64,000 nt of DNA from Yuukianura sp. NJ FZ-2021 (taxonomy: Eukaryota). A model generated the notes under the pieces. It did no database searches. It was given only the letters and a program-made list of their open reading frames with translations, and had not been told where the DNA came from. Below are positions 1 through 13,889 of the stretch, in pieces (positions within the stretch are counted from its first letter, which is position 1; every line of letters starts with the position of its first letter). The stretch is taken from positions 2,418,001 to 2,482,000 of the forward strand of contig CM102289.1 of NCBI GenBank assembly GCA_046563655.1, given 5' to 3'. The position numbers and the translations under genes were made by a program.

Positions 1-1185
1 CTAGTCAATGACTTCTAAAATTTTCTAAAGTCAATTAAACGCTGGTTCTGGAGAACACTGCGACAATTTCTCAAAATCTAAAACTTTTTTTCCGCGTTAT
101 TTTCTACAACTAACTTGTCACTTTGTTTTATCTTCGGAAGTTTGTCCAAAACTTTTTCTGAGTTCTAAAACTAAAGTTTTTTTTTTATCACAAGCGTAAC
201 TAGAAGTAGTATTATTTTTAACAAGTAAGTTGAGTAAAAGCGGTTGAAATTGATTTCACAAGAGTAATTGAGCCAATCGACACCAAACTTTTTGAGTCAA
301 GTGTAGTTTTGCTTTTGAACAATTTTGAAAAGCTAGTGATTGGTTGAATAGTAAGCTCAGTTGAAACTTTCAAGTTGAAAGTCTCTTCATATTTATGTGA
401 AACGACGGTGGCAGTCATCTGCAGACATAGAACTTGAAAGGAACTGGACTCCGGATGTACTATTTAAGTGAATTTCAACGGAAAATGGAAAAGTTTTTGA
501 TGAAAAGTTTTAGATCAGAAACAAAAGGAATTCAAACTTTATTTAACTCGTTTTAACTTCTGCCTTTGATTCATTATTAAATTTACTTTGTCAAATTGTC
601 TGTTTGTCTTTCGATACTTGTATACACCCGCTTTTTTTTTTACTTCTGCGAGCTCAAAAAGCCTCGCTGTTCCAAAATCTAATTTTACACGACGCGATTT
701 CAACTTTGTGTTGTTGTTTGTGCATGAATGCTGGATAAAACTTAAGTTTTCACTGCTTTCAAAGTTTTGAAAATTAAAACAATAAAAAATAAAAACGAAG
801 TTTTTTTAGCTTTTCTAAAAAACAATGTGTGATGCAGTTTATGGTAGGTCAGGTTTTACATGTTTATTAGATGTTAAGTCGTAAAGCCGCTTTGAAAACT
901 GGCGCTTAAATTTCCCTTTCTTTGAATTTCAATGACACGGAAGACAAATATTTTCTTTTAGCTTTCCGCATTTTCAGCTCCGTTTTACAGAAACTTTTGT
1001 TTCAACTTTCATCTTTCACTGGAACTAAAAGTCAGAAAAGAGCCAAGGATACATCAAATGTCCATCAACACATTTCCATCTCAAGTCCCATTTAGACTTT
1101 CATCCACCATGAAATATTATGTTTCACAACTCAGCTCGTGGTTTGGCTCAGTCGAGCTGAAATTTGAATATAAATAGTTACATAC

Positions 1186-4100
1186 ACCGAAAACTTTTCC
1201 TGATCTTCTAAACAGTTTCCATTCATCTCCGAAGAAGTTCTGTATAGAGCGGAAAATTCTGTTTCAGTGGTTACCATTCATCAAAAATTGTAGTAAACTT
1301 ACTTGAAAACGTTGTTACACGAGGAGTTACTGATGAAGAAGAAAGTTGTACATTTAGGTTCGGAATGGTACTTCCTGGTGGACTGGTACTTGTAATGTTA
1401 TGGTTGCAAAGACGTGAACCAGTTCTGGAGGTCATTCGCAAGCCAGAGCGAGAATGCCCAAGGTTCCTATAGCAATAAAATAGATTTTAACTGGTAAAGC
1501 TATAAGTCCATTTTTCAGAAAAATTTTTCCCCAAACATTTTTTTCACCCAAGTATCACCCAAAGTTGTTCATTGCTCTTTTTGGGCAAAAGTGTAAAACT
1601 TTGCCCCAAATTGAATTATGGAGGGGCATTAACGACTTTAAATATTATTTATTTATTTTACATTTTTAAATAAATTTTTTCTTTAATATAAAAAAAATTC
1701 AAAAACAAAAAAAAAGTTTTTAAAAAAATATTTTTTTTTGTATTTTAAAATAATTTTTTACATTTAAAAATATTTTTCCATATTTAAACTATTTTTTTTA
1801 TATTTTAAAAAAAAATCTGTACAGAGATGTTTTTTTTGTCTAAAAAGTTTTTTTTTCATAATGAAAAAAAAACTATATTTTTGGCCACAAAAATATAAAT
1901 GTGGGACACAGTGCATAAAAAAACTTTCTAAATAACAACTCATGGCTGTGACGTCATAAGCCAGGATTCGGTGGTCTTAAGTGAAGGTTCATTTCGTCCT
2001 TTGTCTCCCTCTTCTCCTTCCACTGCTCTGCCCCGGTGCCAAGCCAACTTGAGATGTGGCGTGGAGACAAGAGCAGCTTAATGGTAAAGGGAAAGCAGGA
2101 GAGGAATGGGTGGGTGGGTGAACAGAACAGGATATGTTGGCAACGGGGCAGAGGAGCGGAAGGAGAAGAGGGAGACAAAGGACGAAATGAACCTTCACGT
2201 AAGACCACCGAATCCTGGCTTATGACGTCACAGCCATGAGTTGTTATTTAGAAAGTTTTTTTATGCACTGTGTCCCACATTTATATTTTTGTGGCCAAAA
2301 ATAAAGTTTTTTTTTCATTATGAAAAAAAACTTTTTAGACAAAAAAAAACATTTCTGTACATAATTTTTTTTTAAAATATAGAAAAATAGTTTAAATATT
2401 GAAAAATATTTTTAAACGTAAAAAATTATTTTAAAATACAAAAAAAAATATTTTTTTAAAAACTTTTTTTTTGTTTTTGAATCTTTTTTTTATATTAAAG
2501 GATAAATTTATTTAAAAATGTAAAATAAATAAATAAGATTTAAAGTCGTTAATACCCCTCCATATTGAATGTTCAAAATGAATAAAAAAAATATTCGGTT
2601 TCCAAAAATTTTCCATTTTTGGAATTTTTGGGGAAAAAAATAGAAAAGCGACTTATTGCCTAACCTGTTAAAGAAAAATTATTTTCTTGTTTACGAACCT
2701 TGGGGAATGCCCATGTTTGTTAGTTCCGTTGCCCGCGTTAGTCAATCCAAACTCCAAATCGGGTGCCGTTTCATTATCAACTGCATCTAGATCAGATGTA
2801 GGGGCCGTTCCAAGTCCAATGGAAAAAAGTGTATTTGGATTGGGGATTTCATTTGGTGATGACTCTTGACCTTCTTCGAGAACGAGACGCCTGATTCAAA
2901 AGTGAAAGAAAAAAATTGTAAGCGATTCGTGCTTGGTATGCCATAAATTGACTCCATTTACTGATCCATAGCAGGGTTAGTCAGAACTACTATGATATTT
3001 AGTGGGCAAACGCAAAAAAAAAGCCAAAACATTGTGAAAAATTTTTCCAAGAGTATTCTGTACTTTGCGTGGATTATGTTAGGTTACGTAAGCAACTATC
3101 AAGAGCAATGGTTAGGTTAGCCTAACAGGCGACTAAACTTTTCATTAAAGAAGAGCTGTGATTTGGCGAAAGTTTGAACATCCCCATTGGGATTTTTGAC
3201 AAATATTACCCCTGGGTTTTCATGAAGCAATGGAAACCCTGCCAAAAAATCAGGCTGGTCAAAACTTCTAAGACGAAAAAGATTTCTAGAAATGTGTCTC
3301 GTCTGTTTCCAATACTTATAATTCTGGAAGCGTTTCGTGAGTCTCTCTAGAGGACGTTTCAAATGAAATCTGAGCTGTTCCCCACTGTGCAGCGACAACG
3401 GATAATGATGACCAGTCACAAGCAAGAGGGCCTACTGGAGATGATATTTTGTCCTATTTATAGTCTCTCTTTTATTCCTTGTCATGTCATCCTACTAGAC
3501 AAACTTTCATTTCATTTTGTCCAAAAAACGAAGAGGACTCGATTTTTTCTCTCCATGAGACTCTGGTTATATTAGTTCTTGAAAAAGTTTACTCTCGTAT
3601 TACTCGTTTCATTTTCACATCTGTAACTCGATATAGTAACGAATCTCGACTTATTAGTAACGAAAACTTTCGTGCGCATTGGAGTTGTGCAGGTTTTAGA
3701 CGTAGGGTTGACCAGTGTTAAAGAAGACTTTTTTAAAACAAAATGAAAAAAAAACAACAATTTTCACGATTTTGTTTTTGAAAACAGGCTAAGATAAATC
3801 TACGTTGTAAAAAAATAATTTTTCGGTTATTGCGTTTTAGTGTTTTGGAATCTCTCATAAATCTCTACTCGGTCGTCGACGGTATAAATCGGCTGGGTTC
3901 CGAACTGTTACCGTAGAGTACCGAATCCTTTGTTCGTTTTGAATTTAAACATGAAAGGGGATCGATCCTTAAATTGGATGGGATTTGGATGAAGACGAAG
4001 AGGTTTCTTCCTGTACTGTCACATCAGAACGGATTCGTCCTCAGAAGCGAGTGGGAAGCCTGGGGAAAAAGTTGGAGGAATTGGAAGTCCTGCTGTGGCG

Positions 4101-7100
4101 TCCATTCGGCAAACTCGTTTCAAAATATATCAATCATACAATTCACGTCTCTTCTACTTCCGTTTCAACCTCCTCCATCAAAACCAAAATATTGCAATGT
4201 TGACACAACGCTAACACTACACAACGAGGTTTCCATATTTAGTTTTAAACATAACCGGAACCTCACGGGCCTAACTTAAATAATACACGCCGTACATACC
4301 CAAGAAGCCAACTTATGATAATGTAATGAATTTTTTGAAACATTATTTTAGCATCGTGATTACTAAATCCAGCAGACATAGACTAAAACTACGGAATCAA
4401 AAACAAAAAGAAAATTAAAATTTGGAATTAATTTTTTTTTTGAAAAATTTGAATTATTTAACAGGAGAAAACTTTAAACAACTTCCAAAAAAATGTTGCA
4501 ATTTCCGAAAGAAAAAAACTGACTTTTTTTTATAACAAAATTTGATTTTTGTTCTTTTTCTAAAAGCGGCGGTTTCAACTCCTAGGGAATTTTGAATAGG
4601 AAAAGGCGGGGAAAGGGGAGGGGTAGAAAGAGAAAGACTTTTTCTCTTTTTTTATTCTTTAAAGTCAAAAGTGGGGAAAACAAAGAAAATACTTTCCATC
4701 TCAATTTGGATTTGAAGTGACGCAAAGTACTTGTCACTTCTAATTGATTTTTTGTTTTTTTCGGAGAAGAGAAAGTTGTGGCATTTTCTTCACGAAAGTA
4801 CCTCACTGGTCGCCGTTTTCAAAGTGAACTTTTAGTATGAAATCCACTTTCTACTAGATTGCCATGTCTCTCACAATATCTTTTGCGATGTTACAAAAGC
4901 CGTTGATGGTCGAAATGGGGGAAAATACTAAATCTTTCTTCCACTTTCCACTGAAGTGAAAATGTCAAAAGTCAAATTGGGGTTGATCGAAACATCTTCT
5001 GCTGTGGATTCACGACCACTTTCAATTCAGAAAACGTAACCCACGATGTAAACTTTTCTCAAACTACTTGAAAAACTACCACTGTGTCAGTTTTATGCTT
5101 GGAAGGCCGATTTCCCAGCGATTACTTTCATAACTTCCATTTCAATAGCTTAAGCATGCTTTGAATGTGAGAAGTTTCATTTTAAAAGAGAAAGTTTGAT
5201 AATGTTTTTTGAAATTCAACGTAGAATGGAACGTAGTTGGCGCTTGCGTAGTTTACAAATCGAAAATAATTGACACTTGAACAATTTGAAGTGAGCAATG
5301 TCGAGCAAGTTGGGGTTAAGTGACACTTGAATTTGCCTCACAACCAAACTAGATCTGGCAACCGTGATCTTAACTATAATCTTAGGTGTGAAATTTGGCA
5401 CTCACTTCCTCTGTGGCAAATCTTCCGTCTCCTTCCATCTTTTTCCTTTGGATCTACTGCAACACAAGAGATTCCAATATGTAGAATCCGATGGAATCCG
5501 GGGATTGGATTCCCTTTGACCTCTGCGAGAACTAGACGCTGATGATGTTGTACTTGTTACTTTCTCCTGTCGCTTCACAGACTTCACATCACTTGGAGTT
5601 CTGTTCATTGTCAACATCATCTCGCTACCCGTGGTGTCACCCTACAATCCAAATATGTCAGAAAAATATTTTCAATGTGAAACATTTCAGGGACAATCGA
5701 CATTTGACATGCAACTTATGTCATCGTGACTTTCTAGCACAAAGGTCAACTTTCCGCTTTTCCAGTCACTAGCGACAGCAAAAGTTTTCAAAAGTGTCCA
5801 AAAATTTTTTGTTTAAGTTTTGAAACAAAAAAATTTTGGAAGTGTTAAAAACGTATAAAATTTAGACGACAAAAATGTTTGTGCCGACAAAGCGCAAGGT
5901 TCCACGGCACGGAAAAAAAAATGCCTGTGCACTGAAAATTTGAAATTTCCGGGACCGTTTTCGCTACGTTGGACTGATAGTTTAGGTTCACTTTGAACTT
6001 TACATATTTTCTTTTAAATTGGGTTACTTTGTCTTTGGTTTTTTGCAACTTCTGGATGTTGTGTTGTCTCCGAGCGATGACACAGGCAATCCTGGCGTAG
6101 ACATAAAGCATAACGAGTAGCGGAACAAAAAAGGAGCCCATGGCGGAGTACACTACGTAGAATGGGTCATCTTCATACTCGCATTGATCTGGACGTTTCT
6201 GCTCAGAATGAAGCCTGAAAGTGAAAGCACAAAAATTTATCGCTTGCAGAGAGCTTTACAACAATATTTGCCATTTCTCTTCCGCTGTCACTCTAATCAC
6301 TAGCAAAAGTCAGGTCAGCTTAGGGTCCACTTTATGTAAAACATAGCTTCCGATTTGGTTTTATATTATGTGTAAAAAAATTTAAAAAAATCTGCTGATA
6401 CCACTTTGGGCAAAAGCTAGTTCAAAATTTCAGCTTTTAGAATTTTTGACATTTTTGGTAATAGAATTCTAAAAAAAATGTGTTTTGAACTGCACAACAT
6501 TTCGGTTGCCTCGTAATGGTAGTTGGGGTGATTCAAAAATCACAAAATTTGAAAGTGACGGTTCAAAGCTTGGCGCGGCTTACCATTTAAACATGGGCGG
6601 AGTCGTGATGGCTATGGATCCAACCCAAACAAATGAGATCATTGTCAACGCGAGTCTTTTGGAACGTCTGCGGCGGGAGTAGGCCAAAGGCCTTGTTATG
6701 GACAAGTACCGATCAATACTGATTGTACACAGCGACAGAATAGATGAACTAAAATTTGAATGAAAATAAAATTTAACACACTTATTAAGCTTATTAATTT
6801 CAAAAATTTTCTGGTCGAATCATAATGGTTGTACAAGAATTTTGAAATTATGACGTTGTTATAACTCACGTGCATAGCATTACGTCCAGCGCAATCCAAA
6901 TTTTACAAACCAGCCATCCCAGAGTCCAAGTATTTCCTATAAAAATTTCAAATTCAAAATGACAATTTTTTTTCTATTTGAGCCCAGTTTCAAGAACTTT
7001 TCGTAAAAAAAGTATGAAATTTATTTATCTGTGGTTCCAATTTTTTGGTACGTTTGCGAAAGAATTTAATTTGAGTGCGAATGAACTAATGTCAATAGAC

Positions 7101-7398
7101 CCGGGAGAAATCAAAAGAAAAGCTTCCTTTGCACTTTCTGTCAACCACATACTACCTTTTGTTGCCCACTAATTCAATCCCTCCTTTCCCCGCTGTGTTC
7201 AAAACTCAAAAACAAGTATTTCGGACTTTTTTGATCAATATGATGCACTATTTCTATTGTCAACATAAAGCTCTTCACAAAATAAAAAGTAATCCTTAAG
7301 TTTTTTACTTTCAACTAAGGACTTGCTAAAATAACTCTCTGCAAAACTTTTATTAATTTTAAGTGCGAACCACTTTCGCTACATTATGTTTTCTCCTA

Positions 7399-7439
<41 letters not shown>

Positions 7440-8258
7440 GCAGGGCACTGTAAATTTTTCACCACCGGACCGATTTTCAATTTGTCTTCACAGAGTCGAT
7501 GAACACTCGCTTTGTGGTTAGAGCGGAGGTCAACGTCTGGGTCAAAGGTCATTCAAAATAACTGTTTCCAACGGAAATCAAAAATGGTGTTTACTAAAGA
7601 AGTTGGCTGCATTTTGCTACATATATAACGGTTATTAACGTAAAAGCATTTACAACGGTTCTTTTTTTTAAAATATTTTTTCAACACTTTTTTTTAATGA
7701 AAAAGGGCGACTTACGAGAAAGATGGAAAACGACTTTAACTGGCATGACGAACATTCCGACCAACCAATCAGCTACGGCCAACGACATTACGAAACAATT
7801 GGTCACTGTACGGAGCCTACGCGTTGTTGCTACTGCAGCTATCACAAGAGTATTTCCAATCTGAAAATGAAATTCAAAATTTCTTAATAAAATTTCTCCA
7901 AAATTTCAGCTTTTCAAAAAAAACAAGAAGAATTTCAGCAACGAATTTAGGAAGACTTTGGTCAAGACTTGTGATCTTTAAATGTTGAAATGCACGTCAA
8001 ATTTTTTGGACGAATAGCAAAGTATTCAAAAAAAAAAAAGTATTTCTGGAAATTTCGGTTTTGTCCTGATTTTTCAAAATTTCATACCACTGTGCTCGCT
8101 ATGATGGTACAGTAGAGCATGATAAGCAGAATGTCTACGAGTTGAGTTGCGTCTTCCTTAGTAGCAGCACTCTCCACCTCCTCAGTTCCATTCGTGGTTG
8201 AGTTTAGGAGAAAGTTGAGTGTTGTGGTGTCGTTGAAATCAAGTAAATCCTGCTCCAT
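1186..8258 (-). CDS. Biogenic-amine GPCR, tyramine receptor type 2/3-like (partial; TM6-TM7 not found in window)
   Basis: Spliced exons from ATG 8258: TM1 ([24 protein letters not shown]), TM2 ([15 protein letters not shown]), TM3 with the amine-binding Asp ([24 protein letters not shown]), ICL2 [12 protein letters not shown] typical of arthropod TyrR/TAR2, and TM5 ([14 protein letters not shown]). Phase-compatible ICL3 exons follow at about 5642-5406, 2891-2698, 1467-1303 and 1258-1186. Confidence 0.85.
1617..2564. mobile_element. Fold-back non-autonomous DNA transposon (IS3EU-like termini) in a receptor intron
   Basis: Near-perfect inverted arms of ~425 bp (1617-~2042 and ~2137-2564) around a ~95-bp spacer. 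Ends are TATGGAGGGG...CCCCTCCATA. A direct repeat TTGAAT flanks it at 1611-1616 and 2565-2570. Confidence 0.85.
7358..7555 (+). repeat. (TGTC)n microsatellite inside a possible Helentron-associated (DINE-1/HINE-like) element
   Basis: About 10 perfect TGTC units at 7399-7440, preceded by a short hairpin GCGAA-ccact-TTCGC. The microsatellite is certain; the element boundaries are not. Confidence 0.5.
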
Positions 8259-11200
8259 GGCTTTGAACGACACTTTCAAAGCGGCGCGCCAAAATTTGAA
8301 ACCAAACCGCAAGAAGTTGAAGCTGATTGAGTCTTGACTGTATTAGTTTCCTACGTCAGACGCTCAGTGAAGCGTCGTAACATCGTCATTACAAAGTCAC
8401 ATTATAATTATGCGGTGGAGCATGGCACTGTGAAGGAGTCAATTCCGCCTTCTTGAAATGAACTTGTTTCCAATTTCCATCAAACTTTCACTTTCACTTT
8501 CACCCTGGACCAGATCAGAATCTGATTATTTCAGACTCGCGCTTTTGATGTTGATGGTTTGTGATGAGCTGCTCAGTAATTACTCATCTCCAAGAAGCTA
8601 TAAAGTCCAACAACCAATTCCAATTTTGGAAACTTGAGTCAACTATCATTTTCTTTCATATTTTCAGGTTTTTTTTTTTTTGGTTTTAGCACTTCAATTT
8701 ACAAAGTTTAGCACAATTTTCAAAATTTGTCGAATCTTTCACATCGGCTGGTTCAGTTTGATTTCAAATCTAAAAAGCCAATGAAACAAAAGTTTTGTGT
8801 TTGTTTCCTTACAGTGAAACCCGGAACCTGAAAAAAATCAAAAACGCATTTCGGTTAATGTTTTCCTTTGTACTTACCCTAACTAACTTTAACTTTCATT
8901 GTGATTAAAATTGCTATTCATTTTAGTTGCCCTTGACCACAAATTGTGGCCATTCTGAGTCATTCGGTTTAATTGAACATAATGATCCTGGAAACTGCTT
9001 TTGGTTGAATGACGTTACATTCTTAAAAATTTGTTTCTTTAGTAGGCAAGAAGTTGCGACTTTTTGCTTGAAATTTTTAGACAAAATGGTAGCGTAGCAT
9101 GTCATATCGATTTTTTGTGAATATGAAATATTTGGTGACATTTTGTGTTCACTTCTCTTGGATCCAGAAGATGCGGAGTACAGAACTCTAGTAAATCAGG
9201 ACTTCTGAGGTCATTAACTTTCTCATTTCTAAAGAACAGAGTTACTAAATGAAACGAAATCTGGAGAACCAAAGACAACCAAGAGTTGGAGTCACATTTG
9301 GACATTGGAAGACTAGAGAGAGATCTTCGTAAGGAGCATTTCCAAATTACTTGTCTAATACACTTGCTTCTTGGAGCATAGAAGAATTCCACATTACAAA
9401 AGTAATTTGAATCGGAGTGCCATTCTGCCCAGCTACATGTGCTTCTTCACATTTCAGAAATCAAGCAACAGCAGCAACCTTGTAATCTTCAGAGATCCAT
9501 GGATTCACTACACTAATTGAAAAATGATCTCGCCGTTTTTTACGACAACAGATGAAATGTAATTCAAACTGAAGAAAAAGAACCATCTTTTGTATCAAAT
9601 TCAAAATGAAGTGCCGCGTTTTCTTCAAAACCAGCTTGGTTTGGATAACTGCCAAGAAAAACTGTATCTTAGATTAATACACAAATGCAAAAATTTTTTC
9701 AAAAGTTTGCATCACAGAATGTACGTGTATTATGTGCACAACTGTGCAGTATTAACGAAAATGAAAGAAAAATTAAGTTTTTTAAAAAATTCAAAAATTG
9801 GAAGCATTGAGTGCGTTGCCAATATCGATTTTTTTCTGTTTTAAATTATTACTGTGTTGCTCAAAGTTTTCTGAAAAAAAAAAGACTGTATTTGCATGCT
9901 TTTATAAAGAATGAACTTAACATGACTAAATTTTCGATCACGTAAGCGCAGTTTAGTTCAAGCATTTGTGCATTAGTAGCCAATTTGCTTCGTGAGGTAT
10001 TCCGAAAACTTTTTTTTCGAAAACTTTTCGAAAACGTTTTACGTCAGCATGAATATCGATAATTTGATTGAGACCTTGAATGTCTTCTCATCTAGTAAAC
10101 AAGATTAACAGAAGTTTTGAAGAGTTAAACTTCCATTGTTTATACTTGAAGCTATAAATTTTGAAAACTTTGAAGTTTAGTGCTCCAGAAATGGTTCATT
10201 TCCGTTGCAAATAAGGAAGTAGTAATCTGCATTAGAATAGAATTAGTTTTCATTGTTTTTGTCTCTAGTGTTCCAGTTTTCAGAAACAAATTAACTTAAT
10301 CGTGTCATTCGCACTAAGCTTCTTTGGAATAGTTATTATCCGCTTTCTCTTTTTATGAGATGTTGTCAATTTCCTAATGCGAAATGGATCAAAAGGTTTA
10401 TATTTAGTGTGGGAAAATTTAGCACATGGCGCTCGCCTTTCTGCAGCGTAAAATATTAATGCAATAACTCTTAGTTTTGAGTTTTCATAAAAAAATCTCA
10501 GACAAAGCACATTTTCTTTCTCTTAATCCATTTGGCATAAGATTATAACGAGTTACCAGATTTCAAAATTTGCATTTTTTACTTTATAGAGCAGCTATAA
10601 ATTCGGACGAATAAAAATAACTATGGAGTTTCCGACTTGGTCATAATGTTTAGAAAAACAGTTTTTTTAATTAAGTTTAATTTCAGAATTGAATTCTTAA
10701 TTCAAATAAAGTACTAAGGCGTTTAGATTATGACAAAAAAATTTTTTGGTTGTTTTTTGGCTGACGGATAAACAGACTGACAGAATGACGCTGAAATGCA
10801 TAAAGTTGCTTTCAGTAGCATAAGGCTATAATGAAGACAATGGAAAATGAATTAGATCTCCTTTCTTTTGTGAATAGACGAAACTCACAATTGGATTTAA
10901 TTTTAAACATTCAATAAAATATTTCTACAGAGTCTTATTCTCCAGAGGAGAAAGTCAAGAAGCTTCTGCTTTACATTTCGAGCGCATAAATTCCAAATCC
11001 AATTTTGTCTAATTTTATTTCAGCAGAAACTGAAATCATTTTGAGCAAACAATTTTCAAATATTCAGACTTCCCAAATGTATTTAGTGCCAAACACTTTC
11101 TAGCATCAAGAGCACAAACAATTCCCAGAAGAACTGGATCGTTTCCCAAACAAAATCAACTTTTGACTTTGAAGTTTATTTTTACTATGTCAAGCGGACA

Positions 11201-11842
11201 AAAGCAAGAAAATTAGCTCCAATTGGGTTTTTCAGTGACAGGTTGATGCAGTTAGTACGTCCAAAAGTCCAATTAAAAGTTCAAACGCTTTTTGCATTTT
11301 CCGCTCTTTCGGGCTTACAAAAGTGCTTTGGCATTTCTATTCAACTAAAAAAGAGGGGGTTGCTTCAAGGAGCAGAAAGAAAGCAAATCAACAAAAACCA
11401 AAGCTCAGATTCAAACCTAAAATCAACCAACTCCTAGAGCTTCCAGCTTTATTTAAATCCTGCGGCTTGGTTTAAATTTGACGCTTTTCAGTGTAAGAGC
11501 GCCAACTTTTGAATTCCAGAAAGATCAAATGAACGACTCTTTTCAGTGTAATTAAACCCACTTTTCAGATTTGATTCAAGCCAACCTCAAGACTAAATCT
11601 AAAATTCTACTAAGCTGATGAACTCAGTTTGAAAATTAGGCGCCATAAACCAAAACTTAAACTTCCGAGGGCACCCGGTGCAAATATTTGGTGTTTCGTG
11701 AGGTTGCAAACAAACTCGAGGCTAACATGTTGATTTTAGATGGAATTCAACAATATTGAAGATATTTTCACTACATCTGAGGAAAGTTTGAGATCTTACG
11801 GCGTCGTTCTCGGGCGCAAGGTTCGTAAACAAAGAAAAAGAT

Positions 11843-12008
11843 TTTCTACAACAGGTTATCCAATAACTCGAAGTTTTAAAATTTGTTTGAAGGTAGCAAA
11901 TCTGTCTTTCAGTTGTAATTTTGAGCATGTTAATATAAATGGGATTGGTGCTAAAAGTAGTTTGGTTCTTGAAAACCCCAAGTTATTGGACAACCTGTTG
12001 TAGGAAAT
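11843..12008. mobile_element. Small MITE-like inverted-repeat element
   Basis: Arms CTACAACAGGTTATCCAATAACT (~11846) and AGTTATTGGACAACCTGTTGTAG (~11981-12003). Confidence 0.55.
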
Positions 12009-13889
12009 AGAATTCGGTTATCAATGAACCTTGCTCAGGTAGGAATGTTTGAGTAGAATGAACTGCGGGTAATTTGAATTCAGTTGACTTGGCCTCCCGG
12101 AGTTCTCATTATGGGATTGCCACTGTCTATTTGTGTATTGACTGTGTGATGTTAGGTATAAGTCAAGCTTTAATTTAACTGAAAGGGATTAAAAGCTGGA
12201 ACTCCGTTGGCTTAAAGTTGACCTGCGGAAAGCGGTGAAAGTTGTTTTCTTTTGGCTTTTGGCGTCTGGCTCCTGGAAACTCTGTAGAGAATTTGGTTCG
12301 ACGGAAGTGAAAACCGACTAACGTAAACGGGCACGCATGAACGGAAACTCATGAACCGTGCTTTTCTGAACGTTGGCTTACGGATGTTTCCCGGTGTTGA
12401 CTGGCTTAAGTCCATAAGAGAACTTTACAATAGTATTTCATGAGGGTTGCAGAAGTTTCCGTCCAAGGGATTTCAGGAATGAGCAGACGAGCCTTGCATT
12501 CGAAGTCCCACATCAAGGGAAAAGTGGTTCTTGGACTTAATCTGCCTTGAGCCACCGAACTGGTGAAAGTGTCCTCTTAGTCCCACTCGCTCCATTTGTC
12601 CCTTTGTTTTCCGTGACACAGGGGACCCTTGACTCTGGATCTAAGTACCCACTCAGCATCGACTTCTTACAGCCTTATGAAAACAGTGCAAAAGCCACAG
12701 TGCCAAGGGAATTGGTTCTTTTGAAAACGGAATATCAGATTAGGCACAATGGAATTTGGAAATGGCGAAGTATATCATCTGAATGGGAATATTTTTTAGA
12801 AAATTAGAAAGAAAAAAGAATGATTTGAACATGAAACACTCGTAATTGTGATATATCTCTGCTACTTCTTAGGTATTTTATGGATTGAGTGTGTAATAAA
12901 ACTGAAATGTTAAAAACGTTACGAAATGTATGAAAAAATGTTAAACCTTTGTTTTGATTTGCAATGATTCTTGAAAAACAAAATCAGCTTTAGTTGTTTA
13001 AACACTGAGAGTTACTGCGAAATCAATGTTTTTTGTTCTCGGATGATGGTGATGTCGGTTTTCTTTTGGTACAAAAAGTTTAATCTAAAAAGATGGATGA
13101 GGTTTTGCAGGATAAGGTAATGCCTAGGGTCAAAAATTCCAAAATTGTTTTTGTATACTGTGTTGAAGTTTGCATTGAAAACGAAAAAATGGTTTGAATT
13201 TACTTTTAGGAAAAAAGAGAAAAGTGAAAGCGTCCAGCGAAAAAGCTTTTAAAGCAACTTTTGTGCTTGACCGTGTTAGCCTATAGAAAAGCAACAAATT
13301 ACTTCCTTTGGGCATTTCATGAGCGAAGCTCCAAACATCTTGGATGGTTTTAAGTAAAAAAAAGTTACTCATGTTAACATGTTCGATCAAAGATATGCAA
13401 TCTTTTGAAGTTTCGTGTTGACGTAACAAGTGAAAGTCAGGATTTTCAAAAGGTTTCACGCTTATCACTAACGGTGTAGTGAAATTTACTATAGAAGCAT
13501 TTTTTTCTTAAGAGGAGAACATGCATAAAGTAGGATTAAAATAATTAAAGTTATTAAAAACGCTTTAAAAACTAATCATACTAAAAATATCCTTAAAAAT
13601 ATTAACTTCAGCGAAAGACATGCTTGCAAGCAGCGCAGTTTTTAAAAATACTAAAAACTTTGTTAACAGAAAATGGTAATAATCTATGTTCGGTTTGTAC
13701 ATTTTCTTGTGCGTAGTCAAAACATTTGCTTCTTTTACAAAATTTGTACGAAATTATTGACCAAAAAAATCTGCCATTTAGGAAATTGTAGGAAAATTTT
13801 AAATGCTTTGAATATAAGTTTATGGTTTCGTTTGTTTAAAAACCTGTGAGGGTTTTTCAATCTTGCATCAAGTACGGCGATAACTACTT

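Noticed and set aside
1954..2239. Three short ORFs on both strands
   Set aside because: They are by-products of the GC-rich core of the palindromic element, with no recognisable domain.
2690..3060. Possible nested secreted-protein gene starting [16 protein letters not shown]
   Set aside because: The downstream exon is phase-compatible with the tyramine-receptor ICL3, which explains it more simply.
3860..4280. ORFs of 72-101 aa in a receptor intron
   Set aside because: No motifs, no convincing splice partners, and stops in the receptor-sense frames.
8900..13800. Scattered 60-112-aa ORFs and a GC-richer patch at ~12050-12720
   Set aside because: No recognisable domains or consistent exon chain. 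Probably upstream regulatory DNA or decayed TE sequence.
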